64,000 nt of DNA from Gemmatimonadales bacterium (GCA_049680185.1 JBAUHI010000032.1:3767-67766), one strand, 5' to 3'. Counted from the stretch's first letter, positions 8,894 through 16,585 are shown. A program made the numbers and translations. The notes: generated from the sequence alone by a model not told the origin.

Positions 8894-9022
8894 CGATCCT
8901 AAGGTCGGCTTCGGCATGTCGATAACCGAAATCGCGCACGGAGGCCCCGAAGATCGCCCACCGCATTGCGCCCCTCCGCTCCGGCCTGCATTATCGGGAA
9001 CCCATTTCTCCCGGATACCCCA

Positions 9023-10333
9023 ATGACCGATCGCCGCACCTTCCTCGCCGCCCTCGCCGCCCCGGCCGCCGCACGCGCCCTCAGCGTGCCCGCCGCCCAC
9101 CCCGCCGCGTCCCCGATCCTGGACGTCACCGACCCCCGGCCCCGGATGCCCGATCAGATCGGCGTCCGGGACGACGAGAAGTTCTGGAAGGAGCTGCGAC
9201 GCGAGTTCACGATCCCCAAGGACGAGGTGTTCTTCAATACCGGCACGATGGGATCGAGCCCCCGGATCGTGCAGGAGACGGTCATCGATCACATGCGCCA
9301 CGTCGACCGCGATGTGGCCCACTGGGACTACAAGGGCGACCACGAGCAGTACTTCACCGGCTACTTCAACGAACGCGGCTTTCGCGACCAACTGGGCCAG
9401 GTGCTCAACTGCAGCGGCAAGGACGTGGCCCTCTGTCAGAACGCCACGTTCGGGATGAACTTCGTCGCCAACGGGCTCGAACTCACTGCCGGTGACGAGG
9501 TGATCGTCACCGACCAGGCCCACCCCGGCGGCCGCAAAGGATTCGACCTCCGCGCCAAGCGGGAAGGGATCGTGGTGAAGGAAGTGAAGGTCCCCGACCC
9601 CGTCGCCTCACCCGACCAGCTCATCGACGGATTCACGGCCCTCACCACACCCAGGACCAAGGTCTGGGCCATCCCCCATATCTCCTCCGGCCGCGCCATC
9701 CGCTATCCGGTGGAGAAGCTCTGCGCCCTGGCCCACGACCGCGGCATCTTCTCCGCTGTGGACGGCGCCCAGGCGCTCGGCCATCTCGCCGTCGACGTGC
9801 AGGCGATGGGCTGCGACGCGTACTTCGGTTCTCCCCACAAGTGGATCCTGGCGCCCAAGGGCACCGGGTTCCTCTACGTCCGCCCCGAACGCCAGAAGGG
9901 ACTCTGGGCGACGCTCGCCTCGTTCGCATGGGATGATCAGGACGACCGGATGTTCGCCCTGATGCAATACGGCACCGGCAACCTGAGCCTGCTCAAGGGG
10001 CTCGGGAAGGCGATCGAGTTCCACCTCCAGATCGGCCCGAAGCGCGTCCAGGACCGGATCCTCGGTATGGCGGACCGGCTCCGGACCGCCCTCCAGGGTG
10101 TCCCGGGCGCCACCTTCGCCTCGCCGCTCCATCCCGACCTCACCTGCGCGTCGACGGTCTACGGGCTGAAGGGTGTCACCGGCGACGCGATCCAGGACTA
10201 CCTCTGGGACCACGGCAAGATCCGGGTCCGCAGCGAGGGCCCGGTCGGCGTTCGACACTGCTGCCACATCTACAACTCGCCGGCCGATGTGGACCGGGCG
10301 GTGGCGCTTCTGCGGTCGATGCCGCGGACGTAG
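9023..10333 (+). CDS. class V aminotransferase-fold PLP enzyme with Tat signal
   Basis: ATG 9023 gives MTDRRTFLAALAAPAAARALS, a twin-arginine motif. PLP-lysine context SPHKWILAPKGTGFLY. Confidence 0.8.
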   Translation: MTDRRTFLAALAAPAAARALSVPAAHPAASPILDVTDPRPRMPDQIGVRDDEKFWKELRREFTIPKDEVFFNTGTMGSSPRIVQETVIDHMRHVDRDVAHWDYKGDHEQYFTGYFNERGFRDQLGQVLNCSGKDVALCQNATFGMNFVANGLELTAGDEVIVTDQAHPGGRKGFDLRAKREGIVVKEVKVPDPVASPDQLIDGFTALTTPRTKVWAIPHISSGRAIRYPVEKLCALAHDRGIFSAVDGAQALGHLAVDVQAMGCDAYFGSPHKWILAPKGTGFLYVRPERQKGLWATLASFAWDDQDDRMFALMQYGTGNLSLLKGLGKAIEFHLQIGPKRVQDRILGMADRLRTALQGVPGATFASPLHPDLTCASTVYGLKGVTGDAIQDYLWDHGKIRVRSEGPVGVRHCCHIYNSPADVDRAVALLRSMPRT

Positions 10334-10385
10334 CAACTGCCTGAACCATCCCTCGCTGCGCCCGGGGTGGCGCAGCACAACACAC

Positions 10386-10578
10386 CACGGAGGCACGGAG
10401 GAACACGGAGCGGCACGGAGAACTACAGGTAACATGGGTGGCCAGCGGAAGCCCGTTCGTGAGGCAGCGTGACCGCGCTACCGTAACCCACGATCCCGGC
10501 CTGGAAGTTCGACCGACCACCCACACCACCAGCAGTCCTCCGTGCCTTGGCAGTTATTCTCCGTGCCTCCGTGTTCCG
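10386..10578. repeat. inverted CACGGAGG-type oligomer arms around a ~110-nt spacer
   Basis: Left arm 10386-10424 is CACGGAGGCACGGAGGAACACGGAGCGGCACGGAGAAC. Right arm 10536-10578 is GTCCTCCGTGCC..TTCTCCGTGCCTCCGTGTTCCG. Confidence 0.8.
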
Positions 10579-10680
10579 CGGTTGTTGTCGAGTCACGATC
10601 CTGGACAGCAAGAGCAGACCATTCCTCGACCGCTTCCGGCGCCCGCCACTCCTCCCCCTATCGCACCCACCGGGCGGGGT

Positions 10681-10741
10681 TATAATAGAAGGAGATATCA
10701 GCGGTCCCGGGCGGGAAGATGCCCGGGATCGTCTCCTTTTA
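10681..10741 (+). promoter_or_regulatory. greA leader: perfect -10 box, GC hairpin, T tract
   Basis: TATAAT at 10681-10686. Hairpin GGAGA..TCCCGGGC-gggaagat-GCCCGGGA..TCTCC at 10691-10736, followed by TTTTA. greA ATG is at 10761. Confidence 0.45.
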
Positions 10742-10760
10742 CTGTCAACGGACTATTCCC

Positions 10761-11231
10761 ATGATCCGTGAGATGCGAAACAAGCTCGGCAAGGAGATCG
10801 AAGACCTCTCCCACGAGCTCACCGTGACCCTCCCCCAGGCCATCGCCACCGCGGTCGCGATGGGCGACCTGCGCGAGAACTCGGAATACAAGGCCGCCCT
10901 GGAGCGCCAGCAGTTCGTCCAGGCCCGACTGGGCCAGCTCCATCAGCGCCTGAACCAGCTCCACCAGCTTTCGGCCATCGAGACCCCCGCCAACGAAGTG
11001 GGCCTGGGGTCGACGGTCACCGTGCTCGACGTCAAGACCAAGGAGAAGGAAGTTTTCGTGCTGGTCTTCGGCGAAATGGCCGATGTGGACTCAGGTCACA
11101 TCACCATCGCATCCCCGCTCGGTCGAGCGCTCAAAGGCCGCAAGGTGGGCGATCAAGTGGAACTCATCCTCCCCACGATGCGCCGCCAGCTCAAGGTCGT
11201 GGGCCTGGAAGCGGTCACGAAGGAGGCGTAG
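10761..11231 (+). CDS. greA: transcription elongation factor GreA
   Basis: ATG 10761 (MIREMRNKL). Coiled-coil acidic tip GDLRENSEYKAALERQ. C-terminal domain ITIASPLGRALKGRKVGD. Confidence 0.85.
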   Translation: MIREMRNKLGKEIEDLSHELTVTLPQAIATAVAMGDLRENSEYKAALERQQFVQARLGQLHQRLNQLHQLSAIETPANEVGLGSTVTVLDVKTKEKEVFVLVFGEMADVDSGHITIASPLGRALKGRKVGDQVELILPTMRRQLKVVGLEAVTKEA

Positions 11232-11599
11232 TGGACTTCCCCAAGAAACAGCTCCTCGTCGTCGGCGATCGGGTGCTCATCACGCCCGAAGAGGGAGAAG
11301 AGCGCACCCGCGTCGGGCTCTACCTCCCCGCCACCGCCCTCGACTCCCAACAGGTCCAGAGCGGCACGGTCATCGGCACCGGCCCCGGCGAGCCGATCGA
11401 CGACGTCTCCGCCCTCGACGCCGAACCGTGGAAGCTCGGCACCAAGGACCAACGCTTTCGTCCGATGCAGGCGCGGATCGGAGATCACGCGATCTTCTTC
11501 CGCAAGGCCGCGGTCGAGATCACTTTCGAGGAAAAGCGCTATCTCGTAGTCCCCCTCGCGGCGATCCTGGTGCTGGTGCGACAGGATATGCCTGTCTGA
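11231..11599 (+). CDS. GroES/Cpn10-fold family protein
   Basis: GTG 11231 overlaps the greA TAG by 1 nt. LLVVGDRVLITPEEGEERTRVGLYLP resembles the Cpn10 N-terminal strand and mobile-loop region. There is a long internal insertion relative to canonical GroES. Confidence 0.55.
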   Translation: MDFPKKQLLVVGDRVLITPEEGEERTRVGLYLPATALDSQQVQSGTVIGTGPGEPIDDVSALDAEPWKLGTKDQRFRPMQARIGDHAIFFRKAAVEITFEEKRYLVVPLAAILVLVRQDMPV

Positions 11600-11618
11600 C
11601 GGACGATCTGCGCGTGAC

Positions 11619-11704
11619 ACGTCATCCTGAGGACGCGCAGCGTTCGAAGGATCGGCCCATCACCTAGCCGATCCTTCGGCGCCTCCGGCGCCTCAGGATG
11701 ACGT
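11619..11704. repeat. compact hairpin copy of the GTCATCCTGAG/GAAGGATCGG element
   Basis: CACGTCATCCTGAGGACGCGCAGCGTTCGAAGGATCGGCCC..loop..GCCGATCCTTCGGCGCCTCCGGCGCCTCAGGATGACG. Followed by a pyrimidine tract at 11719-11747. Confidence 0.9.
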
Positions 11705-11755
11705 TTCGTCGAGCTGAGTCCTCCTCACCTCTTCCCCTCCTGTCCCCAGACTTCG

Positions 11756-12106
11756 ATGCCCGCCTCCCGACCCCCCTCGTCCCGCCAGTACCGCGCCGCC
11801 ATGTGGCTCATGGTGGTGCTGGCCGCCCTGGCGCTGGTTCCGACCGTCGCTGGCGCCCGCGGGGTCGTACCGCGCGCGGTCGGGGCCGCTTCGGGCGCGT
11901 TGGCCTTTGCCGCACTCGTCCTTGCCGGGCTCCTCGGCCTCAAGGGCGTGCGGCTCGCGGCGGCGGCCCGGGACGAAGCCGCCGAGCAGGCCGCGATGGT
12001 GATCCTGGCGGCCATGCTCAAGGACAAGACCCGTGAGGAGCTGGAGCCGCTCGCGCGATTGAAAGGTGCCGCCGGACAGGCGGCGCGGATGATCCTGGAC
12101 CGCTGA
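11756..12106 (+). CDS. hypothetical membrane protein
   Basis: 116-aa ORF with two hydrophobic helices (MWLMVVLAALALV, ALAFAALVLAGLLGL). Its stop overlaps the next start as TGATG. No recognisable family. Confidence 0.5.
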   Translation: MPASRPPSSRQYRAAMWLMVVLAALALVPTVAGARGVVPRAVGAASGALAFAALVLAGLLGLKGVRLAAAARDEAAEQAAMVILAAMLKDKTREELEPLARLKGAAGQAARMILDR

Positions 12107-12660
12107 TGTGCTACCTCCTCCGTCTCGCGAGCCCGCTCACCTTGAGCGAGATCCGCTCGATGCTTCCCGCCGGGATGACCGCCGACCTGCGCGACGCCTC
12201 CGAACTCCGCCCCTGGCGCACCCTGCTCCCCGAGACCCAGACCGTCGCCGCCCTGCTCCACGGCGGTTGCTCTTGCGACCTCGTCCGTCCCGCCCCTCCG
12301 GACGCCAAGATCGACGGCGCCGAGATCCGCAGGCGTTACCGCGCGCTCGGCGCCAGCCGGACCACGGTCATCGATGCACTGGATCGCCACGCCCGGAACC
12401 GCTCCCTGCGGCAGTACGCCCCGGGACACTGGCCAGTGGCACTCAATCGCTTCGTGGCCGAGCATGCCAGGAACGCCGGGGACGCGGGGACAGGATACCT
12501 GCTGGAGTATGAGGCGGATGGACGAATGGACGGATGGGCGGATGCTCTCGGGCGCGTCCCCACCCGACCATCCGTCCATGCGCCCATCCGCCTGGCCGTA
12601 CCCGTCCGCCACGACCACGCATGGCTGGTGCCTGACCGGGTGATCATCGTGACTCCGTAG
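12106..12660 (+). CDS. hypothetical protein
   Basis: 184-aa ORF translationally coupled to the upstream gene. No motif recognised. The C-terminal region contains an in-frame palindromic repeat (12513-12592). Confidence 0.5.
   Translation: MCYLLRLASPLTLSEIRSMLPAGMTADLRDASELRPWRTLLPETQTVAALLHGGCSCDLVRPAPPDAKIDGAEIRRRYRALGASRTTVIDALDRHARNRSLRQYAPGHWPVALNRFVAEHARNAGDAGTGYLLEYEADGRMDGWADALGRVPTRPSVHAPIRLAVPVRHDHAWLVPDRVIIVTP
12513..12592. repeat. GGATGG-type palindrome inside a CDS
   Basis: GGCGGATGGACGAATGGACGGATGGGCGGATG at 12513-12544 versus CCCGACCATCCGTCCATGCGCCCATCCGCC at 12563-12592, an imperfect reverse complement. Confidence 0.8.
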
Positions 12661-12715
12661 CGCATTCAGCGCGCCGGCCCGCAGGCACTATATTCGTTCC
12701 CCGGCAGTCTCTGCC

Positions 12716-14752
12716 GTGGAGCCAATGACATCCGAACCAGCCGGCGCCTTGCCGCCGGAACCGAACGACCCCGGACCCGACGCCGCCGAGCCCTCGACGC
12801 TGCGCCGGCTCAAGCACGCGCTCTTCGGCCGCCCCCGCGACCTGACCGACACCGGCCTTTTCCACCGGCTCTCTCTCATCCCCTTCCTGGCCTGGGTGGG
12901 ACTTGGCGCCGACGGGTTGTCGTCGTCCTCCTACGGCCCCGAAGAGGCGTTCCGCGCGCTGGGACAGCACACCTACCTGGCGCTCGGCCTCGCGGTCGTC
13001 ACCGCCTTTACCGTCCTCCTCATCTCGGCGGCGTACAGCCGGCTGATCGAAGAGTTCCCCACCGGCGGCGGCGGGTATGTGGTGGCCACCAAGCTCCTGG
13101 GGCCGAGCGCCGGCGTCATCTCCGGCAGCGCGCTGCTGGTCGACTACGTGCTGACCATCACGACGTCGCTCGCTGCGGCCGGCGACGCGCTCTTCAGCCT
13201 GCTCGGCCCCCAGTGGGTGCCGCTCAAGCTCCCGCTCGAATGCGTGCTGCTGGTGATGCTCACCGGGCTCAACATCCGGGGCGTACGGGAATCGGTCATC
13301 GCGCTGCTCCCGATCTTCCTCCTGTTCGTCATCACCCACATCATCGTGATCGGCGGCGGGATCGTGGCACACCTGGGCCGGGTGCCCGAGGTGGTCCAGC
13401 AGGTCCACACCGGGTACTCGAACGGGATGTCGATGCTCGGCGCCGTGGGGATGACCCTGCTCTTCGTGCGGGCGTACTCCCTGGGCGGCGGCACCTATAC
13501 CGGGATCGAGGCCGTGTCGAACGGTCTTCCCATCATGCGCGACCCCAAGGTCAGGACCGGCAAGCGCACGATGCTCTATATGGCGACCTCATTGGCGTTC
13601 ACCGCCGGCGGGTTGATCGTCTGCTACCTGCTCTGGGGCATCGGGCCGGTCGAGGGCAAGACGATGAACGCCGTGCTGGTGGAGCGGATGGTCGGCGGGA
13701 TGCCGTTCGGCCATCTCTTCTTCATCCTGACGCTCTTTTCGGAAGGGGCCCTGCTGCTCGTGGCCGCCCAGGCGGGCTTCATCGACGGCCCCCGAGTGCT
13801 CGCCAACATGGCGGTCGACTCGTGGGTCCCGCACCGCTTTGCCGCACTCTCCGAACGGCTCACCACCCAGAACGGGATCGTCCTGATGGGCATCGCCGCG
13901 CTCGCGGCGCTGCTCTACACCCAGGGACAGGTGAGCCACCTGATCGTGATGTACAGCATCAACGTGTTCCTCACCTTCTCGCTCTCGATGTTCGCGATGC
14001 TCAAGCATTGGCGCGCGGCCAAGGGACGCGCCGACCGCGGTCGCCGGATGACGCTCTTTGCTGCCGGCTTCGCGATGTGCGTCACCATCCTCGGCATCAC
14101 GCTCGTCGAGAAGTTCAGCGAGGGCGGCTGGGTCACCATCACGGTCACCGCGGTGCTGATCGGCGTCTGTCTCTGGATCCGCCGCCACTACCGCAGGTCC
14201 AGCGCCTCGGTCGAAGAGCTCTACCGCCAGCTGGGCGACCTCCCCACCACCGTCAAGCCCGGCGCCACGCCCGCGGTCCTGGACCCGAAGGCGCCGACCG
14301 CCGTGATGCTCGTGGCCTCATTCGGCGGGATCGGGATCCACACGCTGCTGAACATCTTCCGCGCCTTCCCGGGCCACTTCAAGAATGTCGTGTTCATCTC
14401 CGTTGGCGTCGTCGACTCCGGGGAGTTCAAGGGAGAACACGCCGTCCACGAGCTCAAGGCGCGCACCGACGAGATGCTGGCCCGCTATGTGAGCCTGGCC
14501 CAGGGACTTGGCGTTGCTGCGGCGTCTCGGATGGCCATCGGCACCGAGGTGGTGGAGACCGCGGAGCATCTCTGCCTCGACGTCGGGAAGGATTTTCCGC
14601 GGAGCACCTTCTTTGCCGGGAAGATGATCTTCCAGCGGGAGACCTGGTATCAGGGCATCCTCCACAACGAGACCGCCTTCGCCATCCAGAAGCGACTGCA
14701 GTGGGCGGGAAAGACCATGGTGACGATGCCGGTCCGGGTTCGGGAGGCATGA
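12716..14752 (+). CDS. APC-superfamily permease with ~220-aa C-terminal cytoplasmic domain
   Basis: 678 aa. About 12 predicted helices starting FLAWVGLGADGLSSSSYGPEE, then a soluble tail. The start could instead be ATG 12725. Confidence 0.8.
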   Translation: MEPMTSEPAGALPPEPNDPGPDAAEPSTLRRLKHALFGRPRDLTDTGLFHRLSLIPFLAWVGLGADGLSSSSYGPEEAFRALGQHTYLALGLAVVTAFTVLLISAAYSRLIEEFPTGGGGYVVATKLLGPSAGVISGSALLVDYVLTITTSLAAAGDALFSLLGPQWVPLKLPLECVLLVMLTGLNIRGVRESVIALLPIFLLFVITHIIVIGGGIVAHLGRVPEVVQQVHTGYSNGMSMLGAVGMTLLFVRAYSLGGGTYTGIEAVSNGLPIMRDPKVRTGKRTMLYMATSLAFTAGGLIVCYLLWGIGPVEGKTMNAVLVERMVGGMPFGHLFFILTLFSEGALLLVAAQAGFIDGPRVLANMAVDSWVPHRFAALSERLTTQNGIVLMGIAALAALLYTQGQVSHLIVMYSINVFLTFSLSMFAMLKHWRAAKGRADRGRRMTLFAAGFAMCVTILGITLVEKFSEGGWVTITVTAVLIGVCLWIRRHYRRSSASVEELYRQLGDLPTTVKPGATPAVLDPKAPTAVMLVASFGGIGIHTLLNIFRAFPGHFKNVVFISVGVVDSGEFKGEHAVHELKARTDEMLARYVSLAQGLGVAAASRMAIGTEVVETAEHLCLDVGKDFPRSTFFAGKMIFQRETWYQGILHNETAFAIQKRLQWAGKTMVTMPVRVREA

Positions 14753-14817
14753 CTGGCACTTCCGCACGCCATGGACGTAGTGTTGTGACACCCCCTTACC
14801 TGATCATCGGGATCTCC

Positions 14818-16485
14818 ATGCGCCGCGTCATTCTCCTCGCGTCACTCATCATCGCCCCCGCCCTGGGCCTTGCGGCCCAGACCCGCGTCTTTACCCACGC
14901 CGACACGCTGCGCGGTTCCAATACCCCCGAGCGCGCCTGGTGGGACGCCACATTCTACGACCTCCACGTCCGGGTAGATCCTGCCGACAGCAGCATCATC
15001 GGCGCGAACGGCATCACCTACCGGGTGCTCTCCCCCGGAAAGGTGATGCAGATCGACCTCCAGCCGCCGCTCGACATCGACAGCATCATCCAGGACGGGC
15101 GGCACCTTGCGTCCCGGCGCGATGGCAACGCGTTCTTCGTATCGCTCAAGGCCAAGCAACGAACGGGCCAGCGCAAGACGGTGTGGGTCTACTACCACGG
15201 CAGCTGGCGCCCCACCGCGGCCGACACCGGCCGGCGCCGGTTTGGCGGCCCCTTCCACTGGAACACCGACTCGCTCGGTCGGCCGTGGATCGCCACGGCG
15301 GACGAAGGCCCCGGTGCGAGCACCTGGTGGCCGGTCAAGGATCTCCCCGCGGACGAGCCCGACAGCCAGCGGATCGCCATCACCGTGCCCGATCCGATGA
15401 TCGACGTCTCCAACGGCCGGCTCCGTTCCACCACTCACAATCCCGATGGCACCACGACCTTTGAATGGTTCGTCGCAGATCCGATCAACACCTACGACGT
15501 GGCGATCAACGCGACCGCGGGCTATGTCGCCGTGCGCGATACGTTCACCGGCACCAACGGACCCCTCACCATCGAGTTCTGGTCGCTGGCCGCGCACCGT
15601 GCCGAGGCCGAAGCGCTGATCCCCCAGGTCAAGACCATGCTGGGCTGCTTCGAACATTGGTTCGGACCCTATCCCTGGTATCCCGACGGCTACAAGCTGA
15701 TCGAGGCTCCCTACCTCGGGATGGAGCACCAGAGCGGGATCGCGTACGGCAACCGATACCTCCCGGGGTACATCGGCCGCGACCTCTCCGGCACCGGCGA
15801 GGGGCTGGGATGGGACTACATCGTGGTGCACGAAAGCGCCCACGAATGGTTCGGCAACAACATCAGCGCCAAGGACCACGCCGACATGTGGATCCACGAG
15901 AGCTTCGCGATGTACGCCGAGGCGCTCTATCTCGAGTGCACCAAGGACCACGCCGCGGGGGACCGTTACCTCGTCGGCGTCAGGAAGAACATCAAGAACG
16001 ACGAGCCGATCATCGGCACCTACGGTGTCAATGACACGCCCCGTTCGCAGGACCGGTACTTCAAGGGCGCCAACATGCTGATGACGTTGCGCGCCGCAGT
16101 GAATGACGACGCGAAGTGGCTGGCGACGCTGCGCGGCCTCAACGCCACCTTCTGGCACCAGACGGTGACGGCCAAGGATATTCGCGATTACATGAGCGCC
16201 CATACTGGCGTCGACCTCCAGAAGATCTTCGTCCAGTACCAGGAAACGACGATGATCCCGGCGCTCCAGTACAAGAGCGACGGGACGACGCTTTCCTACC
16301 GCTGGAACAACGTCATTCCCGGCTTCGCGATGCCGGTCGGCGTGGCGCTCGGCCCCGACAGCACCGCCTATACCCGCCTGACCCCGACCGCCGACTGGCA
16401 GACGATGCCCTCGACCTTGAGCGACAGCGCTCAAGTGTGGGTGGATCCGGAGTTCTACGTGACGGCGGAGCTGGTCAAGAACTGA
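14818..16485 (+). CDS. M1-family zinc metallopeptidase, secreted
   Basis: ATG 14818 (MRRVILLASLIIAPALGLAAQ) inside the artefactual 1090-aa ORF 13213..16485. Contains GMEHQS, HESAHEWFGN and WIHESFAMY (HExxH-18-E). Confidence 0.85.
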   Translation: MRRVILLASLIIAPALGLAAQTRVFTHADTLRGSNTPERAWWDATFYDLHVRVDPADSSIIGANGITYRVLSPGKVMQIDLQPPLDIDSIIQDGRHLASRRDGNAFFVSLKAKQRTGQRKTVWVYYHGSWRPTAADTGRRRFGGPFHWNTDSLGRPWIATADEGPGASTWWPVKDLPADEPDSQRIAITVPDPMIDVSNGRLRSTTHNPDGTTTFEWFVADPINTYDVAINATAGYVAVRDTFTGTNGPLTIEFWSLAAHRAEAEALIPQVKTMLGCFEHWFGPYPWYPDGYKLIEAPYLGMEHQSGIAYGNRYLPGYIGRDLSGTGEGLGWDYIVVHESAHEWFGNNISAKDHADMWIHESFAMYAEALYLECTKDHAAGDRYLVGVRKNIKNDEPIIGTYGVNDTPRSQDRYFKGANMLMTLRAAVNDDAKWLATLRGLNATFWHQTVTAKDIRDYMSAHTGVDLQKIFVQYQETTMIPALQYKSDGTTLSYRWNNVIPGFAMPVGVALGPDSTAYTRLTPTADWQTMPSTLSDSAQVWVDPEFYVTAELVKN

Positions 16486-16514
16486 CCGACGGTGGTCGCG
16501 GCAGCATCCAGCGC

Positions 16515-16548
16515 ACCGGCCGTCCCGCGTGGGGCGGCCGGTCGCTTT
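16515..16548 (+). terminator. candidate intrinsic terminator after the M1 peptidase gene
   Basis: ACCGGCCGTCCC-gcgt-GGGGCGGCCGGT stem followed by CGCTTTCC. The T tract is weak. Confidence 0.4.
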
Positions 16549-16557
16549 CCATCCACC

Positions 16558-16585
16558 GTGAACATTTCCAGACCGGGAGACGTCC
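16558..16585 (+). promoter_or_regulatory. candidate ECF-type promoter
   Basis: GTGAAC, a 17-nt spacer, then CGTCC, about 40 nt upstream of the ECF sigma start. Resembles the GAAC..CGTC pattern of autoregulated ECF promoters. Confidence 0.4.

Larger units (their letters stand above)
8328..8897 (-). mobile_element. candidate GIY-YIG-encoding palindromic element (gene between inverted repeat arrays)
   Basis: Left-half array 8330-8496, GIY-YIG CDS 8499-8789, right-half array 8806-8893. Short gene-less versions of the same inverted repeat are at 7498-7585, 11619-11704 and 41351-41430. Mobility is inferred, not shown. Confidence 0.4.

Noticed and set aside
8790-8966. The 155-aa version of the GIY-YIG ORF (start 8966) and the 239-aa version of the VanX-like ORF (start 8380).
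   Set aside because: The extra N-terminal residues (DVILSEAKDRP.., RSAQDDVRGDP..) are translations of the flanking repeats. Internal starts give proteins of typical family length and, for VanX, a proper signal peptide.
13213-14817. The N-terminal 535 codons of the 1090-aa ORF 13213..16485.
   Set aside because: This part overlaps the APC permease gene in another frame and is Arg/Pro/Gly-rich. Only the part from ATG 14818 shows a signal peptide and M1 peptidase motifs.
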